Sequence record: OZ374592.1
Length of the DNA stretch: 32,000 nt
Strand: one strand, 5' to 3'
Both the position numbers and the translations under genes were made by a program. Below the pieces are notes generated by a model, which was not told the DNA's origin, did no database searches, and saw only the letters and a list, made by a program, of their open reading frames with translations. This document shows positions 10,635 through 19,642 of the stretch, piece by piece. Positions within the stretch are counted from its first letter, which is position 1. Every line of letters starts with the position of its first letter.

Positions 10635-10876
10635 TTTATCTCTCCTTATAATAAATCAAGTATTTTGTAAATATAATTAATGTATTTATGTTTTATATTG
10701 TATCCATTATTGTAAGATTTATTGTTATATAGTTGCTAACTTTTAAATAAAACTTACTGAAATTATTTTATTATTATTATTTTTAATAATTAAGATATTA
10801 CATTTATTATTAAATAACTATAGATTTTTTTTGTTAACATAAAAAAATAAGAAGAAAATTTTAAAATACATATAAT

Positions 10877-10904
10877 TTGATGTACATTTTTATAAGTATA
10901 TATT
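10877..10904 (+). promoter_or_regulatory. Candidate sigma70-type promoter for psbK (TTGATG-N16-TATATT)
   Basis: The -35-like TTGATG (10877..10882) and -10-like TATATT (10899..10904) lie about 48 nt upstream of the psbK ATG. Such matches occur easily by chance in AT-rich DNA. Confidence 0.25.
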
Positions 10905-10952
10905 TTTATTTTCTTTATTTATAGTTTATATTAATTTTGAGAGGTTAGTATT

Positions 10953-11090
10953 ATGTTTGCATTTACAATTTTAGCAAAATTGCCTGAAGCTTATGCTGTA
11001 TTTCGACCATTAGTTGATATTTTACCTGTTATTCCAGTATTTTTTTTACTTTTAGCTTTTGTTTGGCAGGCTGCTATAGGATTTAGATAG
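10953..11090 (+). CDS. psbK: Photosystem II protein PsbK (precursor)
   Basis: Manual translation gives [45 protein letters not shown] (45 aa). The KLPEAYA...FVWQAA..FR motif is the PsbK signature. GAGAGG lies upstream. The gene is below the ORF-track length cut-off. Confidence 0.92.
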   Translation: MFAFTILAKLPEAYAVFRPLVDILPVIPVFFLLLAFVWQAAIGFR

Positions 11091-11167
11091 AATCAGGATT
11101 CTAAATGATATTTAATTAGAAGATAATAGTTTTTTATGTATTTTTTTATTTTAATTCTATTTATTCT

Positions 11168-11281
11168 ATGGTAGAGCCTCTTTTATCGGGTATAGTTTTA
11201 GGTTTAATTCCAGTGACTTTAGCTGGTTTGCTAGTTGCTGCTTACTTACAGTATCGTAGAGGTAATCAATTTGGTTTATAG
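11168..11281 (+). CDS. petG: Cytochrome b6f subunit PetG
   Basis: Manual translation gives [37 protein letters not shown] (37 aa), which is canonical PetG. Confidence 0.93.
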   Translation: MVEPLLSGIVLGLIPVTLAGLLVAAYLQYRRGNQFGL

Positions 11282-11335
11282 TTTTTTATATTGTATTAAT
11301 ACCCTTTGATAACTTAATCTGTATTAATTGCTTAT

Positions 11336-11374
11336 ATAAATACTCTTAATATATTATTTATTTAGAGTATTTAT
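11336..11374. terminator. Perfect 11-bp stem-loop between convergent petG and rps14
   Basis: ataaatactct (11336..11346) pairs with agagtatttat (11364..11374) around a 17-nt loop. It sits in the 111-bp convergent spacer. Confidence 0.5.
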
Positions 11375-11392
11375 TTATAATCTAGATACAAA

Positions 11393-11695
11393 TTACCAAC
11401 TAGATTTTTTCACACCAGGTAATAAGCATTCATGTGACATTTCTCGTAAGACATGTCTTGATAATCCAAAATCACGGTAAAAACCTCGACTTCTTCCAGT
11501 TAACCAACACCTATTTCTTGCTCTGCATGGAGAGCTGTTTCTGGGTAGTTGTTGAAGTTGTTTTTGTAATTCTATTTGTTCTGAAAAGCTACAAGCTTTT
11601 TTTATATTATTTTTTATTGTTTTTCTTTTGTTTTCATGTTTTTTTATTAATTTATTTCTTTTTAATTCCCTTTGTATCATGCTTTGTTTTGCCAT
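11393..11695 (-). CDS. rps14: 30S ribosomal protein S14
   Basis: 100-aa [16 protein letters not shown]...[41 protein letters not shown], canonical for S14. Confidence 0.96.
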   Translation of the reverse strand: MAKQSMIQRELKRNKLIKKHENKRKTIKNNIKKACSFSEQIELQKQLQQLPRNSSPCRARNRCWLTGRSRGFYRDFGLSRHVLREMSHECLLPGVKKSSW

Positions 11696-11760
11696 ATTGC
11701 ATTTTTTTTTATTTAATTTTTTTATTAATATTATCCGATTTTCATTGCTATTGCAATAAT

Positions 11761-11797
11761 AAATCCATTAATAGATATTTAGCCTATTAATGGGTTT
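11761..11797 (-). terminator. 14-bp stem-loop (one mismatch) in the psaB-rps14 spacer
   Basis: aaatccattaatag (11761..11774) pairs with ctattaatgggttt (11784..11797) around a 9-nt loop. There is a single C x A mismatch in the sense (-) RNA. Confidence 0.45.
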
Positions 11798-11849
11798 ATG
11801 TTTTATTAATTTTTAATCTATTAATACAATGCTTTTATCTGTAAAAATT

Positions 11850-14054
11850 TTAACCAAATTTACCAGATGTAGATGCAATAACAAATGCTGCATATGTTAA
11901 AATATATCCTACTGCAAAATGTGTTAACCCGACTAATCTAGCTTGAACTATAGATAATGCTACTGGTTTATCTTGCCATCTTATTAAATTAGCTAAAGGA
12001 GTTCTTTCATGAGCCCATGCAAGGGTTTCTATTAATTCTTGCCAGTACCCTCTCCATGAAATTAAGAACATAAATCCAGTTGCCCATACTAGGTGTCCAA
12101 ATAAAAACATCCATGCCCAAACTGATAAATTGTTCATGCCAGAAGGGTTGTAGCCATTAATCAATGGAGAAGAGTTAAGCCATAAATAATCCCTAAGCCA
12201 TCCCATTAAATATGTTGATGATTCATTAAATTGATTAACATTGCCTTGCCAAATTGTTACATGTTTCCAATGCCAGTAGAAAGTTACCCATCCAATTGTG
12301 TTTAACATCCAAAAAACTGATAAGTAAAAAGCATCCCATGCAGATATATCACATGTGCCACCACGACCTGGACCATCACATGGAAAACTGTATCCAAAAT
12401 CTTTTTTATCTGGCATTAGTTTTGATCCTCTAGCATCTAGAGCACCTTTAACTAAAATTAATGTTGTTGTGTGTAATCCTAATGCAATTGCATGATGTAC
12501 CAAGAAGTCTCCTGGGCCTATTGTTAAGAATAGAGAATTTTTTCCACTGTTAATTGCTTCTAACCAACCTGGTAACCATACACTATTTCCTGCTTGTAAG
12601 GCTATACTTGAATTTGATGATAATAACACATCAAAGCCATATAATGCTTTTCCTGAACTTGCTTGTATCCATTGTGCAAATACAGGTTCTATTAATATTT
12701 GCTTTTCTGGTGTTCCAAAAGCAATCATTGTGTCATTATGTATATATAAGCCTAGAGTGTGAAATCCTAGGAATAAGCATACCCAACTTAAATGAGATAT
12801 TATAGCCTCTTTATGTTCTAGCATTCTTGCTAAAACATTATCTTTGTTTTGTTCAGGATTATAATCTCTAATGAAAAATATTGCGCCATGTGCAAATGCA
12901 CCAACCATTAAAAAGCCAGCAATATATTGATGGTGAGTATATAAAGCCGCTTGTGTAGTAAAATCTTTAGCCATAAATGCATAAGGAGGCATAGCATACA
13001 TGTGTTGTGCTACAAGTGAAGTTACAGCACCTAAAGAAGCTAGTGCTAATCCTAGCTGCATATGCAATGAATTAGTTATTGTTTCATATAAACCTTTGTG
13101 ACCCGCGCCAAGTTTTCCACTTGGTGGGCGATGGGCATCTATAATATCTTTTAAATTATGACCAATACCCCAATTAGTTCTGTACATATGTCCAGCAATT
13201 ATAAATATAATTGCAATTGCTAAATGGTGATGAGCAATATCTGTTAACCATAAAGATTGACTTTGTGGGTGAAAGCCACCTAAAAAGGTTAAGATAGCTG
13301 TACCAGAACCTTCATTAGTTCCAAAAATATGCTGTAAGCTATCTGGATTTGCTGCGTATTCACCCCATTTACCAGTAAAGAAAGGTTGTAATCCTTCTGG
13401 ATGAGGTAATGTTGTTGTGAAATTATCCCAGCCTATATGTTGGCCGCGTGATTCTGGTATTGCTACATGCACTAAATGACCTGTCCATGCTAATGAGCTA
13501 AACCCAAATAATCCAGATAAATGGTGGTTTAGTCTTGATTCATTATTTTTAAACCAAGATAAACCGGGTTTAAATTTAGGTTGTAAATGTAGCCATCCTG
13601 CAAATAGCATAACAGATGATAAGATGAGTAATAATAATGCTCCATTGTATAAGTCTGAGTTAGTGCGCATACCTATTGTATACCACCAATGATACACTCC
13701 AGAAAAGCTTATATTAACAGGATAATTAACACCCCCTTTCGTAAAGGCTTTTATTGCTGGTTGTCCAAAATGTGGATCCCATATAGTGTGTGCAATTGGT
13801 TTAGTTTTCAATGGCTTTAAAACCCATTGTTCAAAATTACCTTGCCATGCTACATGGAATAAGTTGCCTGATGTCCATAAAAATATAATAGCGATGTGTC
13901 CGAAATGAGATGCAAAAATCTTTTGATATAGATTTTCTTCTGTCATTCCATCATGACTTTCAAAATCGTGTGCAGTAGCTATTCCATACCATATTCTTCT
14001 TGTGGTAGGATCTTGAGCTAATGCCTGGCTAAACTTCGGAAATTTTGTTCCCAT
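11850..14054 (-). CDS. psaB: Photosystem I P700 apoprotein A2 (PsaB)
   Basis: 734-aa [39 protein letters not shown]... with the [12 protein letters not shown] Fx-cluster loop. Confidence 0.99.
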   Translation of the reverse strand: MGTKFPKFSQALAQDPTTRRIWYGIATAHDFESHDGMTEENLYQKIFASHFGHIAIIFLWTSGNLFHVAWQGNFEQWVLKPLKTKPIAHTIWDPHFGQPAIKAFTKGGVNYPVNISFSGVYHWWYTIGMRTNSDLYNGALLLLILSSVMLFAGWLHLQPKFKPGLSWFKNNESRLNHHLSGLFGFSSLAWTGHLVHVAIPESRGQHIGWDNFTTTLPHPEGLQPFFTGKWGEYAANPDSLQHIFGTNEGSGTAILTFLGGFHPQSQSLWLTDIAHHHLAIAIIFIIAGHMYRTNWGIGHNLKDIIDAHRPPSGKLGAGHKGLYETITNSLHMQLGLALASLGAVTSLVAQHMYAMPPYAFMAKDFTTQAALYTHHQYIAGFLMVGAFAHGAIFFIRDYNPEQNKDNVLARMLEHKEAIISHLSWVCLFLGFHTLGLYIHNDTMIAFGTPEKQILIEPVFAQWIQASSGKALYGFDVLLSSNSSIALQAGNSVWLPGWLEAINSGKNSLFLTIGPGDFLVHHAIALGLHTTTLILVKGALDARGSKLMPDKKDFGYSFPCDGPGRGGTCDISAWDAFYLSVFWMLNTIGWVTFYWHWKHVTIWQGNVNQFNESSTYLMGWLRDYLWLNSSPLINGYNPSGMNNLSVWAWMFLFGHLVWATGFMFLISWRGYWQELIETLAWAHERTPLANLIRWQDKPVALSIVQARLVGLTHFAVGYILTYAAFVIASTSGKFG

Positions 14055-14078
14055 TTTATTTTATTGATCCCTCTTTTT

Positions 14079-16337
14079 TTATCCTACAGATATTATTCTT
14101 GCTAAGAAAAACGCCCAAGTTGTTCCTATTCCGCCTAAAAGATAATGTGCTACACCAACAGCTCTACCTTGAGTAATACTTAAAGCTCTAGGTTGAATAG
14201 ATGGAGCTACTTTTACTTTATTATGTGCCCATACGATTGATTCTATTAGTTCTTGCCAATATCCGCGGCCGCTAAATAAGAACATTAAACTGAATGCCCA
14301 TATAAAATGCGCTCCTAAAAAAATTAATCCGTATGCAGATAATGCAGATCCATATGATTGTATAACTTGTGATGCTTGTGCCCACAGAAAATCACGTAGC
14401 CAACCATTAATAGTGATGGCACTTTGTGCAAAATTACCACCTGTAATATGTGAGACATTGCCTGAAGTTGATACACTCCCCCATACATCTGATTGCATTT
14501 TCCAGCTAAAATGAAATAACACTACAGATAAGGAATTATACATCCAGAAAAGACCTAAGAATACATGATCCCAGCCAGATACTTGGCATGTACCTCCACG
14601 TCCAGGCCCATCACAAGGGAAACGAAACCCTAGATTTGACTTATCCGGTATTAATCTTGAATTTCTAGAAAATAAAAACCCTTTGACTAAAATAAGAACA
14701 CATACATGTATTGTAAATGCATGTATATGATGAACCATAAAATCAGCTGTTCCTAGTGATATAGGCATCATGGCAATTTTGCTATTAACTGATATTACTT
14801 CACCTCCGAATGCATAACTTGCTGTTGCTAAAGCATTTGGACTAGTATTGCTTGGTGCAAGTGTATGAATATTTTGTACCCATTGAGCAAATATTGGCTG
14901 TAATTGAATTGCTGTATCAGAGAACATATCCTGAGATCTTCCTAAAGCTCTCATAGTATCGTTATGTATGTATAACCCAAATGCATGGAAGCCTAAAAAG
15001 ATGCAAACCCAATTTAGATGAGAGATAATTGCATCTCTATGACGAATAATTCTATCTAATACATTATTATAATTTTGTGCTGGATTATAATCTCTAACCA
15101 TGAATATTGATGCATGTGCTCCAGCACCTACAATACAAAATCCACCTATCCAAATATGATGAGTAAATAATGATAATTGTGTTGGATAATCTGTTGCAAT
15201 ATAAGGATAAGGAGGCATAGCATACATATGATGAGCTACTATAATACTTAATGACCCCATCATAGCTAAATTAATAGCTAATTGTGCATGCCAAGAAGTA
15301 GTTAAAATTTCATATAAACCTTTATGACCCTCGCCTGTAAATGGCCCTTTATGAGCTTCTAAAATTTCTTTCATACTATGGCCAATACCCCAATTGGTTC
15401 TATACATGTGGCCAGCAACTAAAAATAACACTGCTAGTGCTAAGTGATGGTGTGCTGTATCACTTAGCCATAATCCACCAGTTACAGGATTTAAACCACC
15501 TTTGAAAGTTAAAAAATCAGAATATTCATTCCAGTTTAAAGTAAAGAAAGGAATTATCCCTTTATTAAAACTTGGATATAACTGTGACATTAATTCTTTA
15601 TTTACTAAAAATTCATGAGGTAGTGGCAGTTCCTGAGGTGAAACACCAGCATCTAATAATTTATTAATGGGTAAAGCTATATGAATTTGATGTCCAGCCC
15701 ATCCTAAGCAACCTAATCCTAGTAATCCAGCTAGATGATGATTCATCATTGATTCAACATTTTGGAACCATTCTAGTTTTGGTGCTGATTTATGATAATG
15801 AAACCACCCAGCAAATATCATTAGTGATGACATGAATAGTCCGACAATTGCTGTTATGTAAAGCTCAAATTCTGTTGTTATGCCAGAAGCTCTCCATAAT
15901 TGGAAGAATCCGGATGTTATTTGAACACCTTGAAATCCACCTCCAACATCACCATTTAAAATTTCTTGTCCAACAATAGGCCATACAATTTGCGCACTTG
16001 GTTTAATAGTTGTTGGGTTGCTTAGCCATGCAACATAGTTTGAAAATCTAGCACCATGGAAATACATTCCACTTATCCATAAAAAGATTATTGCTAGTTG
16101 ACCAAAATGTGCGCTAAAAATTCTTCTTGAAACTTCTTCTAATGAACTAGTATGACTGTCAAAGTCGTGAGCATCTGCATGTAGGTTCCAAATCCATGTT
16201 GTTGTTTTTGGTCCTTTTGCTAGTGTTCTTGAAAAATGCCCTGGTTTTGCCCATTTTTCAAATGAAGTGTTTACAGGGTTTTTATCAACACTTACTTTAA
16301 CTTTAGTTGTCTCTTGCTCTTGTGAGCTGATTGTCAT
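14079..16337 (-). CDS. psaA: Photosystem I P700 apoprotein A1 (PsaA)
   Basis: The ORF track gives 770 aa from 16391. I place the start at the ATG at 16337..16335 ([22 protein letters not shown]..., 752 aa) because AAGGAGAGGC lies 3 nt upstream and the extra 18 codons do not resemble PsaA. It contains [12 protein letters not shown]. Confidence 0.97.
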   Translation of the reverse strand: MTISSQEQETTKVKVSVDKNPVNTSFEKWAKPGHFSRTLAKGPKTTTWIWNLHADAHDFDSHTSSLEEVSRRIFSAHFGQLAIIFLWISGMYFHGARFSNYVAWLSNPTTIKPSAQIVWPIVGQEILNGDVGGGFQGVQITSGFFQLWRASGITTEFELYITAIVGLFMSSLMIFAGWFHYHKSAPKLEWFQNVESMMNHHLAGLLGLGCLGWAGHQIHIALPINKLLDAGVSPQELPLPHEFLVNKELMSQLYPSFNKGIIPFFTLNWNEYSDFLTFKGGLNPVTGGLWLSDTAHHHLALAVLFLVAGHMYRTNWGIGHSMKEILEAHKGPFTGEGHKGLYEILTTSWHAQLAINLAMMGSLSIIVAHHMYAMPPYPYIATDYPTQLSLFTHHIWIGGFCIVGAGAHASIFMVRDYNPAQNYNNVLDRIIRHRDAIISHLNWVCIFLGFHAFGLYIHNDTMRALGRSQDMFSDTAIQLQPIFAQWVQNIHTLAPSNTSPNALATASYAFGGEVISVNSKIAMMPISLGTADFMVHHIHAFTIHVCVLILVKGFLFSRNSRLIPDKSNLGFRFPCDGPGRGGTCQVSGWDHVFLGLFWMYNSLSVVLFHFSWKMQSDVWGSVSTSGNVSHITGGNFAQSAITINGWLRDFLWAQASQVIQSYGSALSAYGLIFLGAHFIWAFSLMFLFSGRGYWQELIESIVWAHNKVKVAPSIQPRALSITQGRAVGVAHYLLGGIGTTWAFFLARIISVG

Positions 16338-16529
16338 CGAGCCTCTCCTTTTAGTTTGGGTCATAAATGAGACAATGAATAAAACGCTCACTCTTATGAA
16401 TTTAATTATTTAATTTCAATAGATCTCTGAAAAATGAGATGTGAGTTTTTATTATAATATATTATTATAAATATAATTAATGATCTATTTGAGATCTGTT
16501 AACAATAGTTAAAATCTCATTTGTCTTTA

Positions 16530-17012
16530 TTAATTAATAGGTTTTACTCTCATTAATGCTTGTCCACAGTCAATTATGTCACCATCCTGAACTAGTATTT
16601 CAACAATTTCTCCACTAACCTCTGCTTCTATTTCATTCATTAATTTCATAGCTTCAATAATACATACAGTTTGTTTTTTTTCAACAATATCGTATAATTC
16701 TATAAAAGCTGGTTCATTGGGAGCAGGTGATTTATAAAATGTGCCTACCATAGGAGAAACTATAGTTGAGTAATTTTCTGAGTTAATAGTATTGATATTT
16801 TGTTTATAATTATTATCTTGCTTTGTATTTACATTGAGATGAATTTTTTCTTTATATTCTACAGAATCATTTTTCCGTATATTTTTAGTTGATATTTTTT
16901 GTAATTTATTAATTGTTAATGAAAATTTTTCGCTTTTTATATTTATTTCATTAATATCGTGTTGTTTAATAGAATTTAGGAGTTTTTTTAGATCTTTTAT
17001 TTGAAATTTCAT
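16530..17012 (-). CDS. accB: Biotin carboxyl carrier protein of acetyl-CoA carboxylase
   Basis: 160-aa ORF whose C-terminal lipoyl/biotinyl domain carries the biotinylation motif CIIEAMKLMNEIEAE. AAGGA lies upstream. Confidence 0.92.
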   Translation of the reverse strand: MKFQIKDLKKLLNSIKQHDINEINIKSEKFSLTINKLQKISTKNIRKNDSVEYKEKIHLNVNTKQDNNYKQNINTINSENYSTIVSPMVGTFYKSPAPNEPAFIELYDIVEKKQTVCIIEAMKLMNEIEAEVSGEIVEILVQDGDIIDCGQALMRVKPIN

Positions 17013-17064
17013 TTTATTTGGTATATCCTTAATTAATATTTTTATTGTATAGTTTAGTTATATA

Positions 17065-17262
17065 TTATATAAAATCTAGTTCTGTTGGGAGAATCCAAAC
17101 TCTTGTATAGTCTTGAAATTCTATAATATGAGCGCAGTGATAATCTTTAATGATTTTTTGACCTTTAATGATTCCATTTTCATGTAAATAATTCATTATT
17201 ATAGGGTCAGTATTATTATTTAACTCTTTGATTTTTACCGTTTTACCTAATATTATTTTCAT
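17065..17262 (-). CDS. Hypothetical 65-aa protein, family unassigned, possibly an SH3-like small beta-barrel
   Basis: ATG-to-stop ORF of non-repetitive composition, co-oriented with accB and 52 bp upstream of it. I do not recognise a named family. The coding call rests on an open frame this long being improbable in AT-rich, stop-rich spacer DNA. Confidence 0.45.
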   Translation of the reverse strand: MKIILGKTVKIKELNNNTDPIIMNYLHENGIIKGQKIIKDYHCAHIIEFQDYTRVWILPTELDFI

Positions 17263-17451
17263 ATATATTATTAATTATTAACTTAATACTTTATTTTTTG
17301 TATTATAGTAAATTATTTATTATAATTTATGTTTTATTTAGAAATAAGTTTCTAATACCATTTTATTTATGATATTACAACATAAAATAAAGAATATAGT
17401 ATAAAATTTTAATTATCTACTTTTTTATATATATAAATCAATATAAACATA

Positions 17452-19098
17452 ATGTTAATAGCAGATGATTTAGATAAGTTGTTAGAAATTTTACCTGATT
17501 TTGTACGTCAACCATTAGAAGGACATCCTGAAAGTAAATTTCTTATTGAAGTTGTTATGGATTTAGGAAGAAGGCCTGAAGCTCGTTTTCCCCAGGGTCC
17601 TCAGTATTTGTCATCTAGAACTATTTCATGGGAAGATTTAGATTTTTGTATTAAAAGAGTAGGTCATTTTAGTGGTGATAATCGCTCAGGAATTGAACGT
17701 ACTTTACATAGGATTAGTTCTATTAAGAATAGAAAAGGTAATATTGTTGGATTAACTTGTAGAGTTGGTAGAGCTATTTTTGGTACTATTAGTATAATTC
17801 GTGATCTACTAGAAAAAGGTGATTCTTTATTACTCTTGGGTAAACCAGGTGTAGGTAAAACAACTGCTATTAGAGAAATCGCTAGAGTTTTAGCAAATGA
17901 AATGGAAAAAAGAGTTGTTATAATTGATACTTCTAATGAAATTGCTGGTGATGGTGATATACCTCATCCAGCTATTGGTAGAGCCAGAAGAATGCAGGTT
18001 ACACGTCCAGAGTATCAGCATCAGGTAATGATAGAAGCTGTAGAAAATCATATGCCGGAAGTTATTATTATTGATGAAATTGGCACGGAGTTAGAGGCAT
18101 TAGCTGCACGTACAATTGCAGAGCGAGGTGTACAATTAGTAGGTACAGCACATGGGAATTATTTAGAAAGTTTAATTAAAAATCCTATTTTATCAGATTT
18201 AATAGGTGGTATACAGCATGTAACATTAGGTGATGATGAGGCTAAGAGAAGGGGGTCTCAGAAAAGTATTTTAGAAAGAAAAGCATCACCCGCATTTCAA
18301 ATTGCTATTGAGATTCATGAACGTGATAATTGGGTTGTTCATGAAAAAGTAGATGAAACTGTTGATCAAATCTTACAAGGTTCTGCGATGTTAATACAGC
18401 GTCGTCGATTTAAAAGAAATGGATCTATTTGTATTAATTGTGAACAAACTATTTCTGATCATTTCTCTTCTAATTCTAGCACTCATTTAAAATGGAAAAA
18501 TTTTAAACAAGCAAGTTTAATGAAAGATTTTCATATGAGCCAAAAAAAAGTATGCAATAGTTATATCTCAAAACAAAATACAAATCAATTGAATAAGTCT
18601 AATAAGAATATTTTCTTGTATCCTTATTCTGTAAATTTTCAACAAATAGAAGCTATTATTAATACTTTGCAATTGCCTATAATATTAACTAAGGATGTTC
18701 TTAAGTCAGATGTAATTTTAGCTTTAAGAGCTAATGTTAAACAAAACACCAAATTAAGACAAATAGCAAAATCAAGGCACGTAACTATTTATACAGTTCA
18801 TAGTAGTACATTGCCCCATATTACTAGAGCTTTAAGACAAATTTTAAATATTAATAAGGTACATAATTTAAATTGGCAAAAGCTATGTGAAAATAAAAAG
18901 TCTATAGAAATTGTCGCTTTATCAGAAGCAAAAATAGCTATAGAGAAAATAGTTATTGGAAAAAAACAGTCAGTAGCATTATTATCACGTTTAGTAAATA
19001 TAAGAAAGTTGCAGCATAAATTAATTGAATCTTATAATTTGAGGTCTAGAAGTTTTGGTGAAGAACCTTATAGAAAGATACGTATTTATCCTAAATAG
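17452..19098 (+). CDS. ycf45: Ycf45-family P-loop ATPase (SpoIIIAA-like AAA domain with an R3H-like C-terminus)
   Basis: 548-aa ORF with Walker A GKPGVGKTT (17839..17865) and Walker B VIIIDEIG (18061..18084). It also has GTAHG and a conserved N-terminal LLEILP...VVMDLGRRPEARF. The C-terminal RSFGEEPYRKIRIYP resembles the tail of an R3H-type nucleic-acid-binding domain. Confidence 0.85.
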   Translation: MLIADDLDKLLEILPDFVRQPLEGHPESKFLIEVVMDLGRRPEARFPQGPQYLSSRTISWEDLDFCIKRVGHFSGDNRSGIERTLHRISSIKNRKGNIVGLTCRVGRAIFGTISIIRDLLEKGDSLLLLGKPGVGKTTAIREIARVLANEMEKRVVIIDTSNEIAGDGDIPHPAIGRARRMQVTRPEYQHQVMIEAVENHMPEVIIIDEIGTELEALAARTIAERGVQLVGTAHGNYLESLIKNPILSDLIGGIQHVTLGDDEAKRRGSQKSILERKASPAFQIAIEIHERDNWVVHEKVDETVDQILQGSAMLIQRRRFKRNGSICINCEQTISDHFSSNSSTHLKWKNFKQASLMKDFHMSQKKVCNSYISKQNTNQLNKSNKNIFLYPYSVNFQQIEAIINTLQLPIILTKDVLKSDVILALRANVKQNTKLRQIAKSRHVTIYTVHSSTLPHITRALRQILNINKVHNLNWQKLCENKKSIEIVALSEAKIAIEKIVIGKKQSVALLSRLVNIRKLQHKLIESYNLRSRSFGEEPYRKIRIYPK

Positions 19099-19205
19099 GA
19101 TATCTTATCTATTTATTAAATGGTTATAATATTGTTATTTGAATATTGAATTACTATAGATACAGGTCATTATATAAAATTTTAATTATTGGGAATACTT
19201 AGATT

Positions 19206-19454
19206 ATGTCAGAAAAAGATGATATTTTAAAGAAAGTTAAGAATATTATTTCTGAAAAATTAGGTGTTGATTTAGAAAAAATAACACCCAAGGCGAAATT
19301 CATAGACGATTTAGGAGCTGATTCATTAGATACAATAGAGCTGGTTATGGCTATTGAAGAAAAATTTAATATTGATATACCTGATGAAGATGCAGAAAAA
19401 ATAAGTAATTTAGATGATGCAGTTAAATTTATTGAATTAGCTGTAGATAAATAA
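19206..19454 (+). CDS. acpP: Acyl carrier protein
   Basis: 82-aa ORF with the phosphopantetheine attachment motif [20 protein letters not shown]. Confidence 0.96.
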   Translation: MSEKDDILKKVKNIISEKLGVDLEKITPKAKFIDDLGADSLDTIELVMAIEEKFNIDIPDEDAEKISNLDDAVKFIELAVDK

Positions 19455-19481
19455 AAAGTTAATTTTGTGTATGAAATATTA

Positions 19482-19567
19482 CGGAGAGGGTGGGATTCGA
19501 ACCCACGGAACCTTACGGTTCATCTGATTTCAAATCAGACGCAATCAACCAACTCTACCACCTCTCC
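19482..19567 (-). tRNA. trnS: tRNA-Ser (anticodon UGA), class II with a long variable arm
   Basis: The reverse complement is GGAGAGG TG ... TCTGA TTTGAAA TCAGA TGAACCGTAAGGTTC CGTGGG TTCGAAT CCCAC CCTCTCC G. It has a 7-bp acceptor stem, anticodon TGA, a long extra arm and a GTTCGAAT T-loop. Confidence 0.92.
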
Positions 19568-19596
19568 AAAGTTAGCAATAACATCATAACAAAAAT

Positions 19597-19629
19597 AAGA
19601 CTATAAAAACAATGAATATTTATAGTCTT
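19597..19629 (-). terminator. Perfect 11-bp stem-loop 14 nt downstream of the psaD stop
   Basis: aagactataaa (19597..19607) pairs with tttatagtctt (19619..19629) around an 11-nt loop. The stem can be extended if a 1-nt bulge is allowed. Confidence 0.5.
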
Positions 19630-19642
19630 TATTAATTTAAAT

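Noticed and set aside
11081-11106. Palindromic sequence overlapping the psbK stop codon (atttaga...tctaaat and tagaatc-ag-gattcta).
   Set aside because: The two possible pairings are mutually exclusive. One has an impossible 2-nt loop and the other only 7 bp with a poorly paired interior. This is not strong enough to call.
11434-11790. 118-codon + strand ORF overlapping rps14 and the psaB-rps14 spacer.
   Set aside because: It is antisense to rps14. Its Phe/Leu-rich, low-complexity translation is typical of the reverse strand of Lys-rich genes in AT-rich DNA.
12554-12805. 83-codon + strand ORF inside psaB.
   Set aside because: It is antisense to psaB, with no conserved features.
16338-16391. 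18-codon N-terminal extension of psaA in the ORF track ([18 protein letters not shown]).
   Set aside because: The extension contains the AAGGAGAGGC ribosome-binding site for the ATG at 16337 and does not resemble PsaA N-termini. The downstream ATG gives the conserved MTISS... start.
16338-16529. Search for HLR1-type (RpaB/Ycf27) direct repeats, (G/T)TTACA(T/A)(T/A)-N2-repeat, upstream of psaA. Weak look-alikes were also seen near 10795..10815 and upstream of apcE.
   Set aside because: No TTACA or TGTAA core occurs in the psaA upstream spacer. The look-alikes elsewhere match only one half-site and start with A. They cannot be distinguished from AT-rich background.
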